Source: Myxococcota bacterium
GTDB lineage: Bacteria; Myxococcota_A; SURF-8
Length of the DNA stretch: 64,000 nt
Reading direction: 5' to 3'
NCBI GenBank assembly: GCA_963674735.2
Contig: CAXXQS010000001.1
Location: forward strand, 480,001-544,000
Positions 22,298-32,352 of the stretch are shown one piece after another; the stretch's first letter is position 1, and each line of letters starts with the position of its first letter. The position numbers and the translations under genes were made by a program. The notes below the pieces were generated by a model. It saw nothing but the letters and a program-made list of their open reading frames with translations, was not told where the DNA came from and did not search any database.

Positions 22298-25135
22298 TCA
22301 TGCTTCGTTTATCGGTTCGTCAGGGCTATTTTCTTTTTTAGACGGTGGCGGCGTTTGCGGAAGCGTCGAAGCGGCTGCCGTTTCGGCGAGGAACGTTTTG
22401 TCATCGATCAAGCTGCTGATCTCTTCGACATTGAGAATCAATCCGACGCGGCCGTCGGACAGGATCGCCGCACCGGATGCATACTTCATCGACTCCATGC
22501 CGGAACCGAGGCTTTTAATCACCACCTGCTGTTGGGTGACCACGTCATCGACCAGAATGCCGATGGTGCGTCCCACGCTTTCCACCAATACCACCAGGGC
22601 GTCGCTGGCGTCGCTTTTGGCGTCTGAAACGTTGAACAAGCGGTTAAGCCGCAACAAAGGATAGTTATCGCCGCGCACATTCACAAGCTCGCCTTTTCCG
22701 GTGAACGAATACAGCATGGACGGCTCGGGCTTGAGCGATTCGACGATGGATAGAGTGGGCAGGATGTAGGTTTCCGTCCCGCACTTCACCAGCATGCCGT
22801 CGATAATGGCCAAGGTCAGAGGCAGGACCATTTTGAAAACGGTTCCATGGCCGGGGGTGGAATCGATGGATACGCGCCCACGCATGGCTTCGATATTACG
22901 TCTGACCACATCCATTCCCACTCCGCGTCCGGAAATTTCGGTCACTTTTTCCGCCGTGGAGAAGCCGGGATGGAAAATCATGTTGTAGATTTCGGAATCC
23001 TTGAGCTTTTCGCCTTCTTTCATCAGACCTTGCTTCAGCGCTTTGGCCAGAATCCGATCGCGGCTGAGCCCGCGCCCGTCATCGGAAATTTCGATGACGA
23101 TGCTGCCGCCTTCGTGATACGCGGATAGCGAAACGGTACCGTTTTTCGGTTTGCCGGTCGCCTGACGTTCATCGGCATCTTCGATGCCATGATCGACGGC
23201 GTTGCGGATCATGTGAACGAGCGGATCGCCGATCTGTTCGGCCATGCTGCGGTCCATCTCGGTCCATTCTCCGTTTTGCACAAGGCTGATATTCTTATGG
23301 TTTTTTCGCGAAAGATCGCGGACCATGCGCGCCATTTTCTGGAACAGACCATGTACCGGGACCATGCGCATGCGCATGGCGACGCTTTGCAGGTCGCGGG
23401 TAATTTTGGTTAGTTGTCCCAACGAATTGCGCACGTGCGGGGAGGTCAACGAGACGATTTCGGGGGTATTGACCACCATCGATTCCACAATGGATAGCTC
23501 GCCGATCATCTCCACCAGGCTGTCCACGCGCTCCAGATCGACCTTGACGGTTTCACGGATTTTGGTTCCCTGGGTTTGGGAACGCAGGGCCTGGGCAACC
23601 TTTTTAGCCGAGACGGCTTTTTCCGCGACCAGTTCTTCACCCAGTCTACGGCCGCTTTGACGTTGACTTTCCAGGGCCTCCGCCAGTTTCTGTTCATCCA
23701 GGTCGCCTTCGTCCACCAGGATTTCACCCAGCTTTTTGGTGCGTTGGCTGTCGGGAAGTGTTTCTTCCGGCAGGGCTTCGCCCTTGATGGCTGCTTGCAG
23801 GCGTCGAATCAAATAGGGCAGGTTGTCCATGGATGCGATCGGCTGGCCGCTTTCGACGGCCGTCTTGACCGCGCCGAGCATGTTGCGCATCATTTCGGTC
23901 GCGTCGAAAACCAGATCCAGAACCGCGCCTGCGAGGGGCAGGTTGCCCTGGCGCACCAGGTTCATCATGGTTTCGGTGGTATGCGCCAGCGATTCGATCT
24001 GCTTGAGTTCGAGGAAGCCGGCCACGCCTTTGATGGTGTGGAAAACGCGGAAGAGGTTGTTGATCTTCTCATCGTCGGGACCGCTGTTTTCGATCTCCAT
24101 CAGCACCTGATCCGCATTGGACAGGCCTTCTTCGCTTTCCTGTAAAAATTCCCCCGCCATGGCGATGGTTTCGTCGTCGAAGGATTCCGGGCCGGGACGC
24201 GGCAGAACATAGTCGGCGTCCGGATCCGGTTCGTCGTCGTCGCCCCCGACTTCGATAAAGCGGGCGGGCTTGGGCTCGGGTTTCTCCACCGGTTTTTCTT
24301 CCGCCGGGGCGTTTTTTTTCGTTTGCGCCTTTTTGGTTTTGGCGGAAGCGGCTTTCTTGGCCTTTTTCTTGGGCTTGGACTTTTTCGTGTCTTGACTATC
24401 CGCCGCGTCCTGCTTGAGTTGCGCCATGAAATCGGCGGCGCTCTGTGCAGGTTGCAGACCATCGACATAGGCCAGTACCGCCTGGCCCACCCAGTCCGTC
24501 ATTTGCAGGAGGCGGTCGGCGGTTTGAGAGGGCGGCAGGTCGAGATCCATGAAATCTTCGATGGCGTGGCAGAGGTTTTCCATGTCTTCAAGACCCAGAA
24601 CGCCCGCTTCGCCTTTCATGGTGTGAATGACGCGCCGAATGGCTCCGGCTTTTTCGGTATCCCCTTTTTCGAGATCCAGGATGTCGGATTCCAGGTCTTC
24701 CAGCACGGCTTTCTGGTTGGAAAGAAAGTCGTTGAAGGTTGCTTGATCCACCCAATCGGGCAGAATAAAAGCTCCTTCCGCCGCCGCGGCCGCGGCCATT
24801 TCGGCGTTTTCGCCCTCCGCGTCCGGGATGTCCGCTTCTTCCTCGTCTTCGGAGGCCGGTTCGCGTTGAGCGTGCTGAATCTGGCTGAGCAGGCTGGAGA
24901 CGCGCTCGAAGTCGGCGGATGGATCTTTCGTGTCGTCCATCACGATGTTCTGAAGCAGTTTGGTGGCTTCGCGTGCCGGTTCTCCCAGGCTTTGAGCGAC
25001 CTCGGCGGGTAAGGCGTCGACGAACTGCTCGAACCCCATCATGAGTTGAGCGAGCGCCGGTTTGTCATCCACATCGGCCATGACCAGCGAGGATGCGAGA
25101 TCTTCAAGCAGGTCGAACGGGTTCGGTGTCCCCAT
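22298..25135 (-). CDS. cheA: chemotaxis histidine kinase CheA (2 HPt, MshEN-like motif, dimerisation, HATPase, CheW)
   Basis: HTMKG and HTIKG HPt motifs; HMIRNAVDHG, DDGRG, SGRGVGMDVV and LPLTLAI motifs. Confidence 0.95.
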   Translation of the reverse strand: MGTPNPFDLLEDLASSLVMADVDDKPALAQLMMGFEQFVDALPAEVAQSLGEPAREATKLLQNIVMDDTKDPSADFERVSSLLSQIQHAQREPASEDEEEADIPDAEGENAEMAAAAAAEGAFILPDWVDQATFNDFLSNQKAVLEDLESDILDLEKGDTEKAGAIRRVIHTMKGEAGVLGLEDMENLCHAIEDFMDLDLPPSQTADRLLQMTDWVGQAVLAYVDGLQPAQSAADFMAQLKQDAADSQDTKKSKPKKKAKKAASAKTKKAQTKKNAPAEEKPVEKPEPKPARFIEVGGDDDEPDPDADYVLPRPGPESFDDETIAMAGEFLQESEEGLSNADQVLMEIENSGPDDEKINNLFRVFHTIKGVAGFLELKQIESLAHTTETMMNLVRQGNLPLAGAVLDLVFDATEMMRNMLGAVKTAVESGQPIASMDNLPYLIRRLQAAIKGEALPEETLPDSQRTKKLGEILVDEGDLDEQKLAEALESQRQSGRRLGEELVAEKAVSAKKVAQALRSQTQGTKIRETVKVDLERVDSLVEMIGELSIVESMVVNTPEIVSLTSPHVRNSLGQLTKITRDLQSVAMRMRMVPVHGLFQKMARMVRDLSRKNHKNISLVQNGEWTEMDRSMAEQIGDPLVHMIRNAVDHGIEDADERQATGKPKNGTVSLSAYHEGGSIVIEISDDGRGLSRDRILAKALKQGLMKEGEKLKDSEIYNMIFHPGFSTAEKVTEISGRGVGMDVVRRNIEAMRGRVSIDSTPGHGTVFKMVLPLTLAIIDGMLVKCGTETYILPTLSIVESLKPEPSMLYSFTGKGELVNVRGDNYPLLRLNRLFNVSDAKSDASDALVVLVESVGRTIGILVDDVVTQQQVVIKSLGSGMESMKYASGAAILSDGRVGLILNVEEISSLIDDKTFLAETAAASTLPQTPPPSKKENSPDEPINEA

Positions 25136-25221
25136 CTTCCATTCCCCTAAATGTAAATATCCGTTCCGATTTATAAGAAACGGTCGCGGCCCATACTAAC
25201 CGGGCCGGCGACCCTGACAAA

Positions 25222-25803
25222 CTAGTTATGCTGGTTTTTAATCCCTTTTGTCAAAAGCGTGTACGCGATGTCGAGCAATTCTTCGGGCTTGAACGGCTTG
25301 GCCAGCGCCTGATCGGCGCCCAAAGCCAACATGTCTTCGAGATCCTGCGGGAACCCACTGATCACCAGGATGCGGGCATCGTGCGTACGTGTATTTTTTC
25401 TAATCGCTTCAAGGACTTGGCGACCATCCGTGCCCGGCATCCGGGAGTCGAGGACCACCAGGTGCGGGGTCATGTTGCCCAGCATGATCAGGGCATCGTA
25501 GCCGTTGGTGCTGCTTTCAATGGCGACGTTGAGATCCGATCGTTGCAGTGTGCGGGTTACCAGCGTGACGATGCTCGGCTCGTCGTCTACGACCATCACA
25601 CGGTAGGCCTCGTCCAGCGATGATGTGTCGAGATTATGCGCCTTCATGAATTCAAGAAGGACGTCGTGATGGATGGTCCAGGTGCCGGTTATAGGATTTT
25701 GCTGCGCCGGGATCTTTCCATCAGCGAGGTAGCGGCGGGCTGTACGTGCCGGAATCCCAAGGAGATCGGCTACTTCGCCACTTGTGTAGGTCTTCTTTTG
25801 CAT
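25222..25803 (-). CDS. excisionase-type HTH + receiver domain response regulator
   Basis: YTSGEVADLLG HTH; VVDDE, LDSRMP and KPF receiver motifs. Confidence 0.88.
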   Translation of the reverse strand: MQKKTYTSGEVADLLGIPARTARRYLADGKIPAQQNPITGTWTIHHDVLLEFMKAHNLDTSSLDEAYRVMVVDDEPSIVTLVTRTLQRSDLNVAIESSTNGYDALIMLGNMTPHLVVLDSRMPGTDGRQVLEAIRKNTRTHDARILVISGFPQDLEDMLALGADQALAKPFKPEELLDIAYTLLTKGIKNQHN

Positions 25804-26055
25804 GCTGGTTCCACCTCTTGGGTCTCACGTACACAGAGCTTGCGTTCGAGGTTGGATCGAACCGGCCAAAATATTACCGTTTGGCCGTTTGACCCTTTTT
25901 CCATTAAAACTATTCGGCATACCGACTTCGGATCTTGAGTGATTTCGATCTAAAAGCGGTTAGAATCCGGTGTGAGAGCAGAGGGGCTTTGAAAAACAGG
26001 ATGAATTGTGCTACATCCAAAGCAGGAGAGAACGCGCAACAGGCTGGAGGTGAAC

Positions 26056-26850
26056 GTGAAAAAGCGGGTACAGGTTGTGGAAAACCGTGAGCAGGTGCAA
26101 TACCACATCGAGCTGTCTCGGGCGTTGACCCAGGATGCCCGGGTGGCGATTATTCCCGGAGCGCCCGAACGCGCCGAGTTGATCGCGTCGCATCTTGACG
26201 CGCCGCGCAAGTTGGCCTCTCATCGCGGTTTGGATTCCTGGTTGGGCGAGTTGGCGGGTGAAAAAGTGTTGGTCACCAACACCGGCATGGGCGGTCCGAC
26301 CACCGAAATCGTGGTGCAGGAACTGGCCCAGTTGGGCGTCGAAACCTTTTTGCGCATCGGCACCACCGGCGCGATTCAGGAAGACATTCCGGTCGGGGCG
26401 CTGATCGTCAGCGAAGCCTCCATTCGCCTAGACGGTTCGTCGGATCACTATGCGCCGCCGCGTTATCCGGCGGTGGCGGACGTGGAATTCACCTTGCGGC
26501 TGCGCGAAGCGGCGGCCCAAACCGGTGCACAGTGTTTTTCGGGCATTACCGTGTCGTCGGCCACTTTTTACCCCGGCCAGGAACGTTACGATTCGGCCTC
26601 GGGCTACGTGCGCCAGGCCTTTCAGGGCTCGGTGGATGAGTGGCGCGCACTGGGAGCCTTGAATTTCGAGATGGAATCCGGCACGCTGTTCACGATGTGC
26701 CGCACTATGGGACTGCGGGCCGGTTGCATTTGCGCGGTCGTGGCCAACCGCACGCAGTCGGAAAAGGTGGTGCGCGAGGAAATCCGCCAGGCCGAGGAGC
26801 GCGCCACGGCGGCGGGACTCAAGGCCTTGGAGTTGCTGTTTCACAGCTGA
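26056..26850 (+). CDS. udp: uridine phosphorylase
   Basis: PGAPER, TGMGGP, RIGTTG, FYPGQER and NFEMES motifs; SD GGAGGTGA before GTG. Confidence 0.9.
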   Translation: MKKRVQVVENREQVQYHIELSRALTQDARVAIIPGAPERAELIASHLDAPRKLASHRGLDSWLGELAGEKVLVTNTGMGGPTTEIVVQELAQLGVETFLRIGTTGAIQEDIPVGALIVSEASIRLDGSSDHYAPPRYPAVADVEFTLRLREAAAQTGAQCFSGITVSSATFYPGQERYDSASGYVRQAFQGSVDEWRALGALNFEMESGTLFTMCRTMGLRAGCICAVVANRTQSEKVVREEIRQAEERATAAGLKALELLFHS

Positions 26851-26875
26851 TATCAATTGATTAGCTGAGGGTGTC

Positions 26876-27235
26876 ATGTCGGTCGACGCAAGCTTTTCCA
26901 TTCGGAGCAGGGCCTTTTGGCTGTTTTGGCTTCTAGGCGGAATTCTTCTGTTTGCGGCCTGCATGGACCCCAACGAACTCGAAGCCGACGCGGTGTTGGT
27001 CGATTTTCGTATCACCCCCGCCGAGGCGGCCGCCGGAACGCAAAAAGACGTTCGCGCCCCGGACGGCAAGGTCTACACGCTCGTTGTCCCCAAGGGCGTG
27101 CGCGATCGAACCCCACTCAAACTGCCGCCCAAAGTGGCCGCAACCTATCCCTATCCTTTGTACTTCCGCGTGCGTGTTCTGCGGGCAGACCAGAACACCA
27201 CCGGGGATCTGTTGAATCGCAAGAAAGACAATTAG
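26876..27235 (+). CDS. hypothetical lipoprotein
   Basis: hydrophobic stretch followed by an FAAC lipobox. Confidence 0.65.
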   Translation: MSVDASFSIRSRAFWLFWLLGGILLFAACMDPNELEADAVLVDFRITPAEAAAGTQKDVRAPDGKVYTLVVPKGVRDRTPLKLPPKVAATYPYPLYFRVRVLRADQNTTGDLLNRKKDN

Positions 27236-28103
27236 GGCTTTTCCGCTTGGCGTCGCTTGGATGACGATTGCCGGCGAGGAGGTTTTTCGCGCATTGCGCT
27301 CGTTGCGCGGTTGGGTCGATTGACCATGGCTGCGCCGCAAGGACGATGCGGGAACTGCATTTGAGCTTCGGCGGGGCCGCTCGGCCAGCTCTCGCCCGGC
27401 GCGTTATTCGCTCGTTGCGCTCTTGGTCCGTTTTGCCGATCCCTTGAAATGACACAGAAATTCGGCGTACCGTTGTTTCCTCCGGATGCAATCATAGGGG
27501 AAAGCTAGGAATGCCCTAATATGTCACACATTCCGAGGCGCTTTCAAAGCAGAGGCCCGGATGGGAGGCGGGCGCAAATGCGTGTCGAGCGGTGGCCCGC
27601 TGCGTTTGTCCTTTAACGATGGGCTTTCACCGGATTTCGTTTCGGACGCGCTTGCGGCTGAGATGAATACAATAAGAGAAACGAGATGTAAATATAACTC
27701 AATGGATAGTATACTAAATATATTATAGTTATTGTAGATATTAGGCATACCTATTATGCAGTCGTAAGTGCTTGAAAATAAAGAGAAAGGGGCGAAACGT
27801 GAAAATGCCCCCGAGATACGCAGTGAAAACGGGACGAAATTCGGCAAAAACGAGGTGAAAGCAAGGAGATAGAAACTCCAGCGGGCCGTATTGGGGGCGA
27901 TTGGCTGCGAATTTCAGTTTTCGCGGCTTTCGGGTCACTATTAATCTTGCAATGACGGATACAATTTCTTAAAATGCATATAACGTAAATATAAGTTATG
28001 GTGACCGTCGCTTCACGACGTTTTTCGTCGGTGTTCGACGGTTGCCGAATGCTGGTGCCATCACTTAAAAACAGAGGTATTTCTCTGGTGAAAGGGGGTT
28101 GCG

Positions 28104-28925
28104 ATGACGCAATGGAAGACAGCCGCTTGGCCGGGAGTGAAAACCTTCAGTATCGGCGCCGTGGCCGGAGTTGCTCCCTTCCTTTTCATGTGCATCGTTC
28201 CCTGTTTGATACAGCCCGATCTAAAAAATCCGACGATTCCCACCCTGGCGCTGTGCCTGGCCGGTTTGCTCGTCGGGGCCATCACCATGATTCTGTTCGT
28301 TAAAGACGCGGCTATGGAAACGCCCAAACACACCAATAAAGATATATTCTTCTACGCGCTGGGCATTCCGGCCCTGTTGATCGGCATGATCAACAGTATC
28401 AGCAAGGATCTCGACCTGCAGAGTGAAAAGACCAAGGCTTCGGAAGTCATCAATGAGCAAGTGGCGGAGAAAACGACTGAAGGTGAAGCCAATCCGTTGG
28501 ATGCCAATGCGATTCTGGGGGGCGAGGCTTTCAATCTGCATGAATGGCTGGGCATCGGGACCGCCTATGCCGCCGGCGATGCGGATGAGATCAGCGAACC
28601 CGATTCGCGTCAGTCGACAAGGTCTAAGCTGATACGCCCTAAAATAAAGGTAAAATCGGATTACCGCTATCTCGTGTCGATTGCTCAGTTCGACAGTAAA
28701 AGCGATCCGGTTCTGCGCGAGAAATTGAAACAATATCTAGGGCAGACTTTCAATACGGCCAAGTATACGCCCCAAAACATCCAAGTTTACGAGATCGACG
28801 GCAAATACCACATCGTCTATTCCGAGCATTCAAAGTCCGAAGAAGCCGAAAAAGCCTATAAACTGCTGCGCATCAACGACCCGGACGTTTCGCCGCTGGT
28901 TTTAAAAGTGCCGATTAAGAAATGA
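28104..28925 (+). CDS. hypothetical membrane protein, possible C-terminal SPOR-like domain
   Basis: 3 N-terminal TM segments; C-terminal alpha/beta segment (YLVSIAQF..YHIVY..SEEAEKAY). Confidence 0.65.
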   Translation: MTQWKTAAWPGVKTFSIGAVAGVAPFLFMCIVPCLIQPDLKNPTIPTLALCLAGLLVGAITMILFVKDAAMETPKHTNKDIFFYALGIPALLIGMINSISKDLDLQSEKTKASEVINEQVAEKTTEGEANPLDANAILGGEAFNLHEWLGIGTAYAAGDADEISEPDSRQSTRSKLIRPKIKVKSDYRYLVSIAQFDSKSDPVLREKLKQYLGQTFNTAKYTPQNIQVYEIDGKYHIVYSEHSKSEEAEKAYKLLRINDPDVSPLVLKVPIKK

Positions 28926-28988
28926 GTGGCGGCGGCGCTGTTTCGATTATAGAAAATTCACTCAAACGGTCGGAGTCATAAGTCAATT

Positions 28989-29468
28989 ATGTTGGATTAT
29001 CGAAAGTTTGATTCCCATCAGAAACTCAGCGTCTTGTTGAATTTGATCGGACAATTGTTCGACGAGGTAGGTCGTCTCAAAAAACTCAGATGGAATATCT
29101 GTGTTTTGGTTGTTTCCATGTTGTTGGGAATCGACACGTTTATCATAATGGGAAAAATCCCCTTGGAAAAGGTCCTAAGCTTGGCTGTCGTGCTGATTTC
29201 GTTGTTGATTTTCGTCTATGGTATGGTTTGTGTGCACATGGTGGAAAGAAAGCTTTGTGAAGAAATAAGCACTCTCAAAAAGTGTCGCCATATGCTTGGA
29301 CTGATGAGTGAAGGCGTTTATTGTGAGGAGTCGCTGATCAAGGGTGAATTCGAAAAACTCGAACATCTGCATCGCCGTAGGCTGTTCATGACGCTTGGTC
29401 TATACATGGCCATGGCCCTTTCTTTCTTGGCCAATATTGTTTTTGTCCTGTCACATGGCTCTCTTTGA
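28989..29468 (+). CDS. hypothetical membrane protein (AT-richer)
   Basis: 159-aa ORF with 3 hydrophobic segments. Confidence 0.6.
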   Translation: MLDYRKFDSHQKLSVLLNLIGQLFDEVGRLKKLRWNICVLVVSMLLGIDTFIIMGKIPLEKVLSLAVVLISLLIFVYGMVCVHMVERKLCEEISTLKKCRHMLGLMSEGVYCEESLIKGEFEKLEHLHRRRLFMTLGLYMAMALSFLANIVFVLSHGSL

Positions 29469-29557
29469 TACAGACGAGTCGGGAAAATTCCTTTTTCTCA
29501 TCTCGTTCTGAACGGAGCGAGCCACGGATCGAGAACTCTGCCAGCCGTATCAAAACG

Positions 29558-29597
29558 AAAAAAAGCCGGAAACCGTTTGAAAACGGCCTCCGGCTCT
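29558..29597 (-). terminator. intrinsic terminator after the Asp-rich lipoprotein
   Basis: AAAAAAAGCCGGA..AACCGTTT..AAACGG..TCCGGCT; U-tract on the minus strand. Confidence 0.55.
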
Positions 29598-29621
29598 GTT
29601 GGGATGCGGATCAGGTGTCGG

Positions 29622-30572
29622 TTACGGGCAGTGGATCGTGATGGTGCAGCCGTAGCCCGTGAAGCTGCTTCCGTCCGTGAAAGACGGCGGGGTGTTGCCG
29701 TGCACGTTGTCTTCGCAATCCATGAAACAGTTGTTGTCGTCCCCGCAAATCGAGGCGCAATAAACCGAGAACCAGCCCGAGCATTGGGTGTCGTCGTCCC
29801 AACCGTCGCAGCCCTCACTGCTGAAGGTCGTTCCCGGCGGGGTGCCCGAACAATTGTTGCTGCTTTCGCAGAAGCAACCGCAAGTGGAAGGATCATCGCC
29901 ATCGGGATCATCGCCGTCGGGGTCGTCGCCGTCGGGATCGTCGCCGTCGGGATCGTCGCCGTCGGGATCGTCGCCATCGGGGTCGTCGCCGTCCGGGTCG
30001 TCGCCGTCGGGGTCGTCGCCGTCCGGGTCGTCGCCGTCGGGGTCGTCGCCGTCCGGGTCGTCGCAGTAGGTACAGGAAATACGTGCTTCGAAGTTGCCCT
30101 TGGCCCCGTTGCGGCCATCGACAACCAGGTAATACACGGCCGGATCGAGGCACATGGAAGCCTCTTTATCGCCATAAGCGAGCAGGGATGCGGCTTCGTC
30201 GCATTTACGTAAAATGAAATAATCCGCCTCGAAATCCGCGCTGATTTCCTCGATTTTCACAATGACGGGTTCGGCGTCATTTTGCGGGACTTCGTAAATG
30301 ATTTCGGGGCCCGACTCATCCCAACTCACGCCGCTGTAATTGTCGAGCGTGCTGTCCGTCAAGTCGCTCGTGGAACCGCTGACGACGTCGCCGCATTTCT
30401 TCTTGATCACCGTGCATTCGTTGGTGTCGTCGCCATCGGCATCATCGCCATCATCCGAACTCATGCACCCGAATGACAGGATCAGTATCAGTGTGCAAAG
30501 CGTCAACAGGCCCCCAAAGCATCGTTTGTTCATGATTGCCCTCCGATTGTCGTTTGTTTCCCCATCATTCAA
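29622..30572 (-). CDS. acidic Cys-rich lipoprotein with a PPC-like domain and DGDDP tandem repeats
   Basis: SFGC lipobox; SGPEIIY..YYLVVDG PPC-like domain; (DGDDP)11; Cys-rich C-terminus; true start may be the internal MNKR. Confidence 0.8.
   Translation of the reverse strand: MNDGETNDNRRAIMNKRCFGGLLTLCTLILILSFGCMSSDDGDDADGDDTNECTVIKKKCGDVVSGSTSDLTDSTLDNYSGVSWDESGPEIIYEVPQNDAEPVIVKIEEISADFEADYFILRKCDEAASLLAYGDKEASMCLDPAVYYLVVDGRNGAKGNFEARISCTYCDDPDGDDPDGDDPDGDDPDGDDPDGDDPDGDDPDGDDPDGDDPDGDDPDGDDPDGDDPSTCGCFCESSNNCSGTPPGTTFSSEGCDGWDDDTQCSGWFSVYCASICGDDNNCFMDCEDNVHGNTPPSFTDGSSFTGYGCTITIHCP
29889..30062 (-). repeat. 15-bp coding tandem repeat (about 11.6 units, DGDDP)
   Basis: (GGG[A/G]TCGTCGCCGTC)n with synonymous variation. 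Confidence 0.95.
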
Positions 30573-31094
30573 TCTCTCGATTGAAACCGAATTTACGACC
30601 GCCGGCGCCGAATCTCGGCACGCTTCGCACCCTATCGGGACGGTCGCTTACAAATCATAATTGTTGAATTCCCGTGATTATTATACGAAGAAAGTGCAGG
30701 GTGTCAATCTCCATCAAAAGCGTTTTGCGACGGGTTTCGATGCCGGAGCTTTCCCTTTAAGATTATTTTAGGAATCGCGTGTCGGCTCTTTCGAGGATGT
30801 CGACAGCCGCGCTCGGACAGTGCCGCATTTTATGTGGCGGACGCCCGATGATGTCAAGGCTGCTTAAGGAAAACACCGAGAACATCTTGACTGGCGGTCA
30901 TTGTATTCGTAGTTGAGGCGGGCGGAGACGTGACTTCGCGGTTGTCGTGTTCGGCTTGCATGTGATGCTGTTATTCTGTAGGTGTCTTGTTTCATCTGCT
31001 GGGGATCTACTCACTCGGGGGAAGATCATTTTTTCTTTCAGGTGATATCTCGATCACAGATAATGCGACTGGTATCCGGCGGTGTAGCCGGATT

Positions 31095-31970
31095 TTACGT
31101 TGTTGCCTTGGAACCCATTCGCGCCGGTAGAGCATTGGGATCACTGAGAAAAGCCAACAGATCAGTTGCAAATGCGTCGGGTGCATCGAGGTGGGGATAG
31201 TGCCCGCATTTCGTGTAGGTGGTGAGGGCGATATTCCCTGAGCGTTTGGCCATCTCTCGGCCATGGCGGATCGGGATGATAGGATCCTTCTCACCCCAAA
31301 ACAGGGCGACCGGCGGCATGTCGGCGATTTCTTCAGAGCGCTGGGAGGTCTGCATGTACTGGCCGAAGACGTTGATGACGCCCGCCAGCGTTCTCTGGAA
31401 GGCCATCTCCGTGCCGGGAATGCGACTCATTTCAATGAAGCGCTCCTGCTCGACCGGCTCCATGTTTCCGAACGTGCCGGAGATATATTTCAGAATACGC
31501 GGCATCACGTAACGAAGTGCATGCGGCGTGATCTTGGGGCCGAAGAACGGAAACGCCGCCAATCGCATCCCCAGCGCAACCCCTCGGCCCAGTCCCCCGG
31601 CCGACACCAGCGCCAGGCGGTCGGTCCGCTCCCGATGCTTGAGCAACATCCACTGTGCGACGCCACCGCCGTAAGAATGCCCGCAGACATGAGCCTTATC
31701 GACCCCAATGGCCGCCATCCAATCCGACACGATGTCAGCATTCCAATCCAGGGTGTAGGAGGCAGACGGACGGCCCGAATAGCCGTTACCCGGCAGATCG
31801 ACCATCAGGACCCGGTAATTCGGTGCCAGTAACGGAGCCACCCGCCGCCAGGTGCGGTGCGAGTCGAATAGCCCATGCAATAGCACCAGGGGCGGGCCGT
31901 CGCCCATCTCGCCCCACGCGATGGTGGTATCCTGCACGTGGGTTTCGTGTGGGTTTCCGATCATGTCCAT
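31095..31970 (-). CDS. alpha/beta fold hydrolase
   Basis: LLHG, DLPGNGYS, GHSYGG, WGEKDP and CGHYPH motifs. Confidence 0.92.
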   Translation of the reverse strand: MDMIGNPHETHVQDTTIAWGEMGDGPPLVLLHGLFDSHRTWRRVAPLLAPNYRVLMVDLPGNGYSGRPSASYTLDWNADIVSDWMAAIGVDKAHVCGHSYGGGVAQWMLLKHRERTDRLALVSAGGLGRGVALGMRLAAFPFFGPKITPHALRYVMPRILKYISGTFGNMEPVEQERFIEMSRIPGTEMAFQRTLAGVINVFGQYMQTSQRSEEIADMPPVALFWGEKDPIIPIRHGREMAKRSGNIALTTYTKCGHYPHLDAPDAFATDLLAFLSDPNALPARMGSKATT

Positions 31971-32268
31971 GCAAAGGCTCCGTTCCCGGAAGGAATTAAG
32001 TAGTTGAATTGAGCTTACCACACACTTAGCCGGAAAGATAACGCCCGGCGATACTCCGTGACTTCGTCATCGTCGCTGATGCCGTCCTCGTTTGTGATAC
32101 TACACTTGTCGTCCGGCTCCATTATTGGAAGCATCAGGTCATAGAGGACTTGGATATTTTGCTTGAAGTGCCTATTCGAATAAATTATAGTCGAGATAAC
32201 AATGTACAAACAGCAGTGGTCATCATCGACATATCTATGTGAGATTAAATCATTTCATGGAGACGTGT

Positions 32269-32352
32269 ATGCTGAAACTTAGTACGAAAAAAACCTTGGG
32301 TATCTGGGTGGCCATTTCATTATTGATACTGAGCGCTTGCTCTTCCGGTGCT
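32269..32352 (+). pseudogene. lipoprotein N-terminal fragment truncated by the IS
   Basis: GGAG SD, then MLKLSTKKTLGIWVAISLLILSAC-SSGA, ending exactly at the transposase stop. Confidence 0.5.

Noticed and set aside
27240-27660. Possible ncRNA or REP (CGCTCGTTGCGC twice) in the intergenic gap
   Set aside because: Only two short copies and no recognisable RNA motif; the overlapping ORFs look spurious.
29498-30212. TATTP-, GSSPS-, VAVG- and Arg-rich repeat ORFs
   Set aside because: Alternative frames of the DGDDP repeat; only the 29622-30572 frame has a lipobox and domain context.
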